This document shows, piece by piece, positions 7,150 through 14,584 of a DNA stretch of 42,218 bases. Every line of letters begins with the position of its first letter. Position 1 is the stretch's first letter. The notes under the pieces were generated by a model that worked only from the letters and a program-made list of their open reading frames with translations, was not told where the DNA came from and ran no database searches. Made by a program: the position numbers and the translations under genes. Source of the stretch: a virus (taxonomy: Duplodnaviria > Caudoviricetes); the IMG/VR virus record IMGVR_UViG_3300025287_000004, positions 1 to 42,218 of that record; one strand, 5' to 3'.

Positions 7150-7178
7150 TTGACACGTAGGGCCATTGGTCCTATGTT
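7150..7178 (+). promoter_or_regulatory. sigma70 promoter with internal palindromic operator
   Basis: TTGACA-N17-TATGTT; TAGGGCCA-T-TGGTCCTA at 7158-7174. Confidence 0.8.
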
Positions 7179-7206
7179 GTTGGGTATCGGAACACGGAGA
7201 AACACG

Positions 7207-7464
7207 ATGACCAACGCAACCGCCGCCATCGAAATGACCTTCGCCAAGCTCCCCATCGTCCCCGTCTGGACGGTTGGCCGCAGCGACTTCTTCGCAGCGC
7301 TCGCCAGCATCCGGCAGGCCAAGGACGGAGCCTTTGACGTTCATGCCGAGAAGGTTGCCGTCGAGAAGTTCCCCGAAGCAGCCGACTTCGCCATGACGGG
7401 CTTCCGCACGCTGGAAGCCGCTAAAGGCTGGTGCGAGGAAGTCTTCGCGGATCTGTACGCATGA
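7207..7464 (+). CDS. 85-aa hypothetical protein, first gene of a reverse-oriented cassette
   Basis: Own promoter, GGAG RBS, ATGA overlap with the HTH gene. Confidence 0.75.
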   Translation: MTNATAAIEMTFAKLPIVPVWTVGRSDFFAALASIRQAKDGAFDVHAEKVAVEKFPEAADFAMTGFRTLEAAKGWCEEVFADLYA

Positions 7465-7646
7465 CCCCCGCCGAACTGGAAGCCCGTGCCACAGCCCTTT
7501 ACGGCTCCGAATGGCAGTCTCCCCTTGCCCGCCGTGTTCGCGTTGATGCGCGCACGGTGCGGCGATGGAAGGCTGGCGAGCGGTCTCTGCCAGATTGGCT
7601 GGAATGGGCGCTTGGAGTTTTGGAGCGCCATGAAGACGAGAGATGA
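7461..7646 (+). CDS. Small XRE-like HTH protein
   Basis: 'WQSPLARRVRVDARTVRRWKAGERSLP'. Confidence 0.8.
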   Translation: MTPAELEARATALYGSEWQSPLARRVRVDARTVRRWKAGERSLPDWLEWALGVLERHEDER

Positions 7647-7653
7647 AGGCCAT

Positions 7654-8451
7654 CTATGCGGCCTCCGACTTGATGGACGCAGCGATGGCGTTGACGTGCT
7701 CGATCCGCTGGCCGATCCAGCGCATGACGTTGCAGGCCATGCTGTTGCCCAGCGCCTTGTAGCGGGGGCCATCGGCAGCGGGTTTGCCGTTGCGGGTGAT
7801 GGCCGTGTAGCCGACCGCCTTGGGCTCGGGCGCGGCGACGAACATATCGGGCTGCGCGTATGCCTTGCGGATGCGCTCGCAGGCCGCGTCGAAGTAGGGT
7901 TCGTGAAGCTCAATTCCGGTGAACGACATCCCGCGCTTGGCGCACGCAACGCCGGTCGTGCCGCTGCCCATGAACGGGTCGAGGACCGTGCCGCAGCCTT
8001 TCGCGATGCCGATGCACCACTCCATAAGCTCTACTGGCTTCTGGGTCGGGTGCTCTTTGGCATAAGATGTTACCGACTGCCGCCACATCTTTGCCGGCTG
8101 GGATCGGGACGCCCATGCCATTTCGCACATCGCCAAAGAGAAATTCTCTGGCTGCTTTTTGTCCCACACCAGAAAGCACTGGCTGGCCGGGAGACCGAAA
8201 TAGTTCCCTCCCCAGATGATCTGTTCGCGGCTATGTTGAAGCAGCATCTTGAAGATGGCCGCAGATGGCGGGGCGTCGTCCCAGTTCTGTCGATCGTGCG
8301 CCTGACGCACAGGATTGCTGGATATCTTCAGCCCATACGGCGGGTCTGTGAGGCACACATCAAACACGCCCAGCGTCGGGACGATCTCGCTCATGTCGGC
8401 CAGCAGCAGCCGGCAATCGCCGATGACGACTTCGCGCTTGATCGGGCTCAT
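7654..8451 (-). CDS. N4/N6 DNA methyltransferase (beta class) with a C5-MTase-like C-terminal tail
   Basis: TDPPY precedes HPTQKP and 'LDPFMGSGTT'; tail 'DGPRYKALGNSMA..VMRWIG.RI'. Confidence 0.88.
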   Translation of the reverse strand: MSPIKREVVIGDCRLLLADMSEIVPTLGVFDVCLTDPPYGLKISSNPVRQAHDRQNWDDAPPSAAIFKMLLQHSREQIIWGGNYFGLPASQCFLVWDKKQPENFSLAMCEMAWASRSQPAKMWRQSVTSYAKEHPTQKPVELMEWCIGIAKGCGTVLDPFMGSGTTGVACAKRGMSFTGIELHEPYFDAACERIRKAYAQPDMFVAAPEPKAVGYTAITRNGKPAADGPRYKALGNSMACNVMRWIGQRIEHVNAIAASIKSEAA

Positions 8452-8603
8452 GCCTGCACCCGCTGGCCGACGATGCCGAACACCATCAGGACGGCGATGT
8501 ACGCGGAGAACAGGCCGAGCCCGATGTTCGCGATGGCGAAGCTCGCCGCAATGCCTGCGATGGAAACTGCCAGCAGAAGCCAGCCAAGCTGTTCAGCGGT
8601 CAT
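8448..8603 (-). CDS. Small membrane protein (2 TM)
   Basis: MTAEQLGWLLLAVSIAGIAASFAIANIGLGLFSAYIAVLMVFGIVGQRVQA; ATGA overlap with the MTase. Confidence 0.6.
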   Translation of the reverse strand: MTAEQLGWLLLAVSIAGIAASFAIANIGLGLFSAYIAVLMVFGIVGQRVQA

Positions 8604-8712
8604 GACGTTCTCCCATTCCGAAGGCGATGAACCGGCCCATGAACAGGCCGCAGAGGCAGGAGATCGCGGTCCAGGCGGCCATGATCTCGGCTATGGTGTG
8701 GAGCGTGGTCAC
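8593..8712 (-). CDS. 39-aa hydrophobic peptide
   Basis: GTGA overlap with the upstream gene; single TM-like segment. Confidence 0.5.
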   Translation of the reverse strand: MTTLHTIAEIMAAWTAISCLCGLFMGRFIAFGMGERHDR

Positions 8713-9164
8713 ACCAGCCGGCCAGTTACGGCGTCGTACAACTCATCAAGGACCGTGGCCTCTGCGAGCGTTTCTTCGCCCTTCTGGCGCTTGAACTTGC
8801 GGGCTTCATCGAGGAAGTCGGGGTGCGCCACCAGAAAGCCGACCGACATGTGCTGCTGGAGCGTCGGGACGTAATGGCTCAAGCTTTGGAGTTTGCCGGC
8901 AATGTCCGCGAACTCGGGCGAAATATCGTAGAAGTCGGCCTGCCCAATCGCGGGGAGATCGGCGTGTCGCTTGAGATAGTTGGTGACAAACGCAACGACG
9001 CCATCGCGAAGCATCTTGTCCGCGCCCTCGCGTTCCGCCGCATCGGCAGTATCGGGGAATGCGTTGGTGATGACGCGATCCGCAATGCGCGGGGCGCTGG
9101 TGCCCACGTCCTGCATCGCTTCGTGAACGCTTTCGTAGAATAGGCGCAGCTTGTCAGTGAGCAT
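8709..9164 (-). CDS. Hypothetical protein
   Basis: GGAG RBS before ATG 9164; operon packing. Confidence 0.75.
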   Translation of the reverse strand: MLTDKLRLFYESVHEAMQDVGTSAPRIADRVITNAFPDTADAAEREGADKMLRDGVVAFVTNYLKRHADLPAIGQADFYDISPEFADIAGKLQSLSHYVPTLQQHMSVGFLVAHPDFLDEARKFKRQKGEETLAEATVLDELYDAVTGRLV

Positions 9165-9924
9165 CAAGGTTCTCCGCAAATTCATTGAGAAGGGCTGCCG
9201 CCTTCTGGACGGCATGGATGTTCGCGACTTGGCTGTCGTCGCGTTCGCGCAACCCTTGGGCGGCGCGGTTCATGTTCTCGTCGGTCGCCCATTCCGCGAA
9301 GGCGCGGCAGACGCCGTAGAGGTGCGTCCAAGCCTTTCCGGCCTCGGTCGGGGCGCGATACATCGGGTTCTTGTTCGATGGCGCTGGCGAGCCTGTACGG
9401 CCCTGCAATCCCATCTTCGAAGCTTCGATGATCTCGCGTCGGAGGGCGGCCTTTGTCGGCTCTGCCCCGCGTTCCAGCATCCCATCGAGAGCGCGGCGTG
9501 TGATGCCGGGATCGGCTACTTCCGCATCCCGAAATTGGCGAGCTTGGTGCACTTCCTTGGAGGTGAGCCCAATATCCGCAACAGTCGAAGAAGTATTCCC
9601 GTCGGGAAGACTTTTCGGGCGGCCAGAGGAAACCTCGCCGCGCTCTTGCGCCGCGTCGTATTCATCCGCCAACCGGCGCTGAGCCTGAGCGATGATCTCG
9701 TTCGCATCGGCCTGCGCCCGGAGAGCTGCCGCCGTCACCGTGTCGTGTGCGCCCTTGGCGTCCGCCAGACGGCGAGCCCGCTTGGCTTCGTCGTAGACGA
9801 TCTCAGCGGAGACTTTGGCTTCGAGGATTTCAGCCGCCGTGGTCGCGTTAGCGAGGCGGTTGGAAGCCTGCTGGAGCATTGCCGGAAGGCTTGCCGACTG
9901 TTCGATGGGGGCCATCAGGTTCAT
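9154..9924 (-). CDS. Hypothetical protein downstream of cro
   Basis: GAGGTG RBS; helical N-terminal region 'RRLADEYDAAQERGEV'. Confidence 0.75.
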   Translation of the reverse strand: MNLMAPIEQSASLPAMLQQASNRLANATTAAEILEAKVSAEIVYDEAKRARRLADAKGAHDTVTAAALRAQADANEIIAQAQRRLADEYDAAQERGEVSSGRPKSLPDGNTSSTVADIGLTSKEVHQARQFRDAEVADPGITRRALDGMLERGAEPTKAALRREIIEASKMGLQGRTGSPAPSNKNPMYRAPTEAGKAWTHLYGVCRAFAEWATDENMNRAAQGLRERDDSQVANIHAVQKAAALLNEFAENLDAH

Positions 9925-10124
9925 GCCGCCACCTCAGGCTTTTCGCCGAAGATGTCCGGGCGAATGTCGTGCCGCGAGATCCCTGTGATCCGCTCCATGT
10001 CGAGGACACGGCTCGCCGGCACCTTCTTCCAGGAATGCAGGCTGGGATGTTCGATGCCGAGTTCACGTGCGAGCGCTACTACGCCCCCCGCCTTCTCCGC
10101 TGCCTGTTTGACGATGGTGATCAT
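9921..10124 (-). CDS. cro: Cro-like repressor (YdaS family)
   Basis: 'GGVVALARELGI...SW..VP...ITGISRHDIRPDIF'; divergent from cI. Confidence 0.88.
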   Translation of the reverse strand: MITIVKQAAEKAGGVVALARELGIEHPSLHSWKKVPASRVLDMERITGISRHDIRPDIFGEKPEVAA

Positions 10125-10132
10125 GGATTACA

Positions 10133-10200
10133 GTAGTAGGCGAGCCCTACCTACGTCGTCAAGCAAAAAAGTAGGTGTGGATAAAGTAGGGATTCCCTAC
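10133..10200. promoter_or_regulatory. Right operator/promoter region
   Basis: GTAGG-N5-CCTAC at 10136-10150 and 10186-10200; minus-strand TTGACG (10157-10162) ahead of cro. Confidence 0.8.
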
Positions 10201-10208
10201 AAGGCACC

Positions 10209-10901
10209 ATGAGCACGATTGGCCAGAGAATTCTCCGGGCGCGAATGCGCAAAGGGCTTACGCAACAGAACGTTGCCAAGCACTTCGGCATCAATCGCGT
10301 CTCCGTCGCCAACTGGGAAAGCGGCGCGACCAAGCCGGCAATTGATAAGCTAGAAGGACTATCCAACCTGCTCGGCGGTGATGCAGACTGGTATCTCCAC
10401 GGGAAGGGAACGCCTCCTTCCGACGAAATGCCAGCGATCCCGAGCGAACATACGGCACCTGCGGCGGTGTCCAATGCTCAGATAGGAGAAAGGGTTACAC
10501 AGGTCGGGTTTCGAGTTCCGGTCTACGGACAGGCTGTCGGCGGGGCAGATGGAGAGTTTGTCTTGAACGGAAACCACTTGTACGACCTGATGGCGCCGCC
10601 TTCGATTGCCCCGAGTTCAGGTGCCTATGCTGTAACTGTATCCGGCGAGTCTATGGCTCCTCGATATGAGGACGGCGAGATCGCCTTCGTTGACCCCCGC
10701 CGCCGGCCACGCCGAGGCAGTTATGTCGTCGCCCAGATCCAGCTTGAGGAACACGGCCCCATCTTGGCCTTCGTGAAGCGCTTCGTCCGGCACAATGCGG
10801 ATGGCCTCGTCCTGGAGCAGTTCAACCCGGCGAAGGAACTGCGCTTCGATCACCAATGCGTCCGTTCGGTGCACTGCATTGTGATGGCCGGCGAAAGCTG
10901 A
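10209..10901 (+). CDS. cI: CI-like repressor (XRE HTH + S24 peptidase)
   Basis: HTH 'LTQQNVAKHFGINRVSVANWESG'; catalytic Ser 'GESM' and Lys 'VKRF'. Confidence 0.93.
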   Translation: MSTIGQRILRARMRKGLTQQNVAKHFGINRVSVANWESGATKPAIDKLEGLSNLLGGDADWYLHGKGTPPSDEMPAIPSEHTAPAAVSNAQIGERVTQVGFRVPVYGQAVGGADGEFVLNGNHLYDLMAPPSIAPSSGAYAVTVSGESMAPRYEDGEIAFVDPRRRPRRGSYVVAQIQLEEHGPILAFVKRFVRHNADGLVLEQFNPAKELRFDHQCVRSVHCIVMAGES

Positions 10902-10992
10902 TTTCGGCGCGCGCTTCTCTGCATATCCTTCTCTGTTAGAGCCTTCGTTTCCTAAGCCCTGAACCAGAGTAAGGGAGGGAGCGGAGGCAAAG

Positions 10993-11187
10993 CCCCCCCT
11001 ACCCCCATGGGCCGAAGCTCATGAAGGCAGAGGGACGTTTGCCATGCTGGCCTGAACCGTCGTTCGGTCGGTCGCATACGGCAGGGCGCCTCATCGGTTG
11101 GCCCGTCCTTAGTTTCCGGTAGCACCTTAGGACTTTCGACCCCGCGCCTCGCGCTCAGCCGGCGGGATTTGCACCCGTCTGCGCGAA
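10993..11187 (-). ncRNA. Putative repressor-controlled structured RNA ending in a G5-UA-G7 tract
   Basis: Promoter TTGACC-N17-TAGGTA; T-loop-like hairpin 11163-11177; 15-bp stem capped by C(UUCG)G at 10995-11034. Confidence 0.55.
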
Positions 11188-11192
11188 GCACC

Positions 11193-11265
11193 TACCTACG
11201 CCGCCGCAAGAAGTAGGTCAAGGCTACTTTTCCGCTTGACATGCAGCGTAGGGGTGGCCTACATT
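11193..11265. promoter_or_regulatory. Left operator region with back-to-back promoters
   Basis: Operators GTAGG-N5-GCTAC (11213-11227) and GTAGG-N5-CCTAC (11248-11262); plus TTGACA-N18-TACATT; minus TTGACC-N17-TAGGTA. Confidence 0.8.
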
Positions 11266-11324
11266 CCAACTCACAGGGGCACCCGCCCCCGCCAATCGAA
11301 ACGCACCGAACCCGGAGCCAACAG

Positions 11325-11453
11325 ATGACCGCAGTCGAGCAGCACGCCAACGTTTGGATGATCGTCCGCCGCAACAGCGAAGGCGTCGTCAGTGTCATCC
11401 GCTCCTTCCGCACCGAGCGCGCCGCGTTGAACGCGATGGGGCGGCTGTCGTGA
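11325..11453 (+). CDS. 42-aa hypothetical protein, first gene of the plus-strand early operon
   Basis: GGAG RBS; GTGA overlap with the next gene. Confidence 0.6.
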   Translation: MTAVEQHANVWMIVRRNSEGVVSVIRSFRTERAALNAMGRLS

Positions 11454-11728
11454 GCCCTGATGCAAAAATCGCCTGCTACCAGATCGCATGTGACGCAGCG
11501 GTGGAGGCTTACGTCATTTCACGACTGCGCGACGAAGCCAAGGCAATCTTGCTTGGCGAGATGAAGCCGAAGGAATCGCCGTCTGCGGTCGGCATGCTGG
11601 AAGAGTTCGGGCTGATCATTCCGAAATACCCAGATGAGCGGCCATTCGTGTGGGTGTTTGCCCGTACTCCGCTCGGCAAGCGCGTCAGGGACCGACTGCG
11701 CGAAGAATTAGCGGACGTAGCCGCCTGA
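11450..11728 (+). CDS. Hypothetical protein
   Basis: GTG start overlapping the upstream stop. Confidence 0.65.
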   Translation: MSPDAKIACYQIACDAAVEAYVISRLRDEAKAILLGEMKPKESPSAVGMLEEFGLIIPKYPDERPFVWVFARTPLGKRVRDRLREELADVAA

Positions 11729-11786
11729 ACCCCTCGGGGCCAAGTGCCCCGCCCCTCCCCATAGAACGCCATACGGAGAGACGAAG

Positions 11787-12185
11787 ATGGACCACAAGCA
11801 AATTCAGACCGTAACGAACCGCCTTGCAAAGGCGATGACCGCGAAGGGGCTCCGGGAGCCTTCAGCAGAGGTTCAGATCGAAAGCCACGCAGAGATGACC
11901 ATCGTCATGCGATGGAAAGACGCTCGCGTCGAGACCTACATCTCGGACAGCAAATACAAGTTCATTCGAGGCGGCGATCTCAAAGAGATGATCGCAGAAG
12001 CTGACGCCTACATCGCAGAGCTTCCCAGCGCCGAAGAAACTCGGATGAACGAGTTCATGGGCGCCCTCGGGAAGGTCATCGATCTTGGCCGGAAGAACGG
12101 CGTCGAAGCCGACTACCTGAACCCGCTGGTCGCTTCGATGAAGAAGCTCTCCGAGAACATCATCACGCACGACCGCGCGGCCTGA
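11787..12185 (+). CDS. Hypothetical protein
   Basis: GGAG RBS, 132-aa ORF. Confidence 0.8.
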   Translation: MDHKQIQTVTNRLAKAMTAKGLREPSAEVQIESHAEMTIVMRWKDARVETYISDSKYKFIRGGDLKEMIAEADAYIAELPSAEETRMNEFMGALGKVIDLGRKNGVEADYLNPLVASMKKLSENIITHDRAA

Positions 12186-12235
12186 CCCCAACCCCCACCC
12201 CCAGCAGCCAAGCGCTGCCAACCGGAGGACAGAGC

Positions 12236-12592
12236 ATGACGACGGAAGCAAAGCACACGCCGGGACCTTGGACTGCTGTCAAAGGCGACCACGGGGAGAG
12301 TTGGGGCGGGTACTGGCAGATCGATGCAGAATTTGACGCCGTAGCCTGCAACCAATTCTGCCACGCCGGCGCAAGGGATCAAGCCGTCTCTGAAGCGAAT
12401 GCCCACCTGATCGCCGCCGCGCCCAATCTGCTATCCGCGCTGGAGCGCCTCGACGCCGACTGGACCAAGACATTCCCGGACGGGCCTGAAGGTTCGCTGG
12501 ACTACTACGGCATCGGCAAGATGGCCGACGAAACCGTGAGCATCTGGCGAGACATCCGCGCTGCTCTGGCAAAAGCGCGGGGGCAGTCATGA
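12236..12592 (+). CDS. Phage early protein (KHTPGPW...ANAxLIAAAP type)
   Basis: GGAGG RBS and characteristic motifs. Confidence 0.8.
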   Translation: MTTEAKHTPGPWTAVKGDHGESWGGYWQIDAEFDAVACNQFCHAGARDQAVSEANAHLIAAAPNLLSALERLDADWTKTFPDGPEGSLDYYGIGKMADETVSIWRDIRAALAKARGQS

Positions 12593-12735
12593 CCTCCCGC
12601 ACCGAACACCGCGCCATGGCTGTCGTAGCCCTTCTGATCCCGCTCGTAGCCGGATGGATCTACGACCGCACCATCGAGGCGCGCGCTGACGCAGCGACAT
12701 CCGCCTTCGCCAGCATCCGATCAATCGAGCACTGA
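12589..12735 (+). CDS. 48-aa single-TM protein
   Basis: MTSRTEHRAMAVVALLIPLVAGWIYD...; ATGA overlap. Confidence 0.55.
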   Translation: MTSRTEHRAMAVVALLIPLVAGWIYDRTIEARADAATSAFASIRSIEH

Positions 12736-12745
12736 GGACAAGACG

Positions 12746-13603
12746 ATGGCCGACGCGAAGACGCAGATAGTTCCAATCGAGCCGACCCGTGAGATGCTGT
12801 CCCGGATGGAGGGAATGACGGATTTCGTACTGCCGGAGGGTCTCGAAAACACAAAGCAAGCCCGAATGGCCGAGATGCGGTTTGCTTGGGGTGAAGCCCT
12901 TTCCGCCGCCCCCCAGCCCGCCGCATCCGACGTGCCCCATGACGTGGTGGAGCAGGCAGCGCGAGCCTCATACGAATACGAGGGCGACCGCAAGGGCATC
13001 GACTACGCCGGCTGGGACCTCGAACCCGAGAACGTCAAGCGTCAGTGGCGCGCAAGCGTGACTGTCCCGATCTCGATCGCCCTCGCCACCCCCGCCCCAT
13101 CCACCTCGACAGCGACGCCGGACTTGGATGCTTGGGCTTACGCCTTCGCGAATTGGCGGCAGGGACAGCGTTCAACGCCAAGCTGCGAGGCGCCGGGAGC
13201 GGCTGACATTCGCACCTGCCGCGATCTCATCAAGGGGATGCTTGCGTGCCGTCCTTCCGCCCCATCCACCTCGACAGAGGAAGCGCTGAGGCAAGCGACG
13301 AGCTTAGCGACCGCGCTGTTCAATCTGCATTACCGCTTCGATGAAGACTACGCGAGTGGGCGGGTGAAGTGGAAGCCTCTGTCGGATCTCTGCGGCGTCA
13401 TCGGCCAAATAGACAACATGACAACTGGCTTGGTGCGTGCCCCCTCAGAGGAAGCGCTGAGGGCAGAGAACGCGCGGCTGAAGCAGGCCCTGAGCGCCAT
13501 CGCCCACACGTTCGTCGAAGACAGCCACGGCGGCATGAAGGACATGCCCTCGTCTTGGCATCGCGAGCAGGCCCGCACCGCCCTTTCCGCCCTATCCCGC
13601 TGA
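12746..13603 (+). CDS. Modular hypothetical early protein
   Basis: GAGGA RBS; internal DNA repeats encode APSTST and EEALR linkers. Confidence 0.75.
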   Translation: MADAKTQIVPIEPTREMLSRMEGMTDFVLPEGLENTKQARMAEMRFAWGEALSAAPQPAASDVPHDVVEQAARASYEYEGDRKGIDYAGWDLEPENVKRQWRASVTVPISIALATPAPSTSTATPDLDAWAYAFANWRQGQRSTPSCEAPGAADIRTCRDLIKGMLACRPSAPSTSTEEALRQATSLATALFNLHYRFDEDYASGRVKWKPLSDLCGVIGQIDNMTTGLVRAPSEEALRAENARLKQALSAIAHTFVEDSHGGMKDMPSSWHREQARTALSALSR

Positions 13604-13626
13604 ACGCCAGAGGAAGGAATCCGACC

Positions 13627-13968
13627 ATGGCACATGACCCGCGTAAAGCCCTCGATACCGCGTTCGTCGATATGATCCAGGCGCTCCAGTTCGCCCATGC
13701 CGACAGCAAGCAGGCGATCTTCCTCAGCGACCTGTCGCACGGCGAGAAGCACGCCAACCAGCGCGTCATTGCGCCGATGACGGCGGAGCTGGTCCAGAGC
13801 TTCGGCAAGCTCGTCAAGGCGCTGTCCGAGGCCGGCTGCGACGACTTCGTGAGCCTTCTCGACATCATCCACCCGCTGACGGACGGCATATCCGACGCCC
13901 GCGATGGCCTGTGGATGCAGACCGAAGACATGGCGCTGTCCGAGATGCGCGAACGGAGGGCAGCGTAA
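13627..13968 (+). CDS. Hypothetical protein
   Basis: AAGGA RBS; TAATG coupling with the next gene. Confidence 0.7.
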   Translation: MAHDPRKALDTAFVDMIQALQFAHADSKQAIFLSDLSHGEKHANQRVIAPMTAELVQSFGKLVKALSEAGCDDFVSLLDIIHPLTDGISDARDGLWMQTEDMALSEMRERRAA

Positions 13969-14336
13969 TGGACGTCGACGATCTCGCGAACGAAATCCGC
14001 ATGGTCCCCGGCTGGCGCGACCTTGGCGCCGGAGAGCTTGCCGAGCAGTTGTTGCCGGCGATCCTCCGCGAAGCCGCCTCTCGCCTCCAGGCACCGGCAG
14101 TAGCCGAGGTGGAGGTGAAGCCGATGGAGTGGGGCAGTTACGGCGCCGATACGCCGTTCGGGTCCTACACCGTGTCTGAGAACTTCGACGACAAGTGGGA
14201 GTGGACGTTCCACTGCTACCCGTACGGCTCGCCCGACGACACGGTTTACGACACAGAGGCCGAAGCGCGACAAGCCGCGCAAGCCGACTACGAGCGCCGC
14301 ATCCGTTCCGCTCTCCGCACTGGAGGCTCCGAATGA
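13968..14336 (+). CDS. Hypothetical protein
   Basis: GGAGG RBS; 'VEVKPMEW...AQADYERRIRSAL' phage-type motif. Confidence 0.75.
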   Translation: MDVDDLANEIRMVPGWRDLGAGELAEQLLPAILREAASRLQAPAVAEVEVKPMEWGSYGADTPFGSYTVSENFDDKWEWTFHCYPYGSPDDTVYDTEAEARQAAQADYERRIRSALRTGGSE

Positions 14337-14584
14337 GCGCCGAGGACATCAGCCTCGCCGAACAGCGCGACGAGCTGAGCGACCGGGAGATCAGAATTCT
14401 CCGCTGCGTCCAGATCATGCAGACCGCGGATGACGCATTCCCGCGAGACATGCCGCGTCTGGAGCGGCTGGGGCTGGTGTGCCTGTCCCTACATGCAGCC
14501 GCGCAAGGCCCCGCTGCGGGCCGGCGCATTCGCCATCTCACCAACGCCGGAACCGCCATCGTGGAGGCAGTCTACAATGTCTAA
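14333..14584 (+). CDS. Hypothetical protein
   Basis: GGAGG RBS, ATGA overlap. Confidence 0.65.
   Translation: MSAEDISLAEQRDELSDREIRILRCVQIMQTADDAFPRDMPRLERLGLVCLSLHAAAQGPAAGRRIRHLTNAGTAIVEAVYNV

Noticed and set aside
6463-7464. 333-aa plus-strand ORF as one gene
   Set aside because: A promoter and RBS lie inside it just before ATG 7207; the upstream part overlaps a minus-strand gene and the hairpin array.
7486-10212. Long plus-strand ORFs (7486-8874, 9151-10212) and similar antisense ORFs in the late region
   Set aside because: Shadow frames of well-supported opposite-strand genes in high-GC DNA.
10920-11140. RNase P RNA-like words (GAAAGUCC, GGCAAAC, AACAGA)
   Set aside because: Short isolated matches only; I could not build the P4 pairing.
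10952-11191. 79-aa minus-strand ORF as a protein
   Set aside because: Its GTG lies upstream of the expected +1 of the adjacent promoter, it has no RBS and the composition is unconvincing; the RNA structure explains the region better.
12186-12202. G-quadruplex from C-tracts
   Set aside because: Only three tracts and no supporting context.
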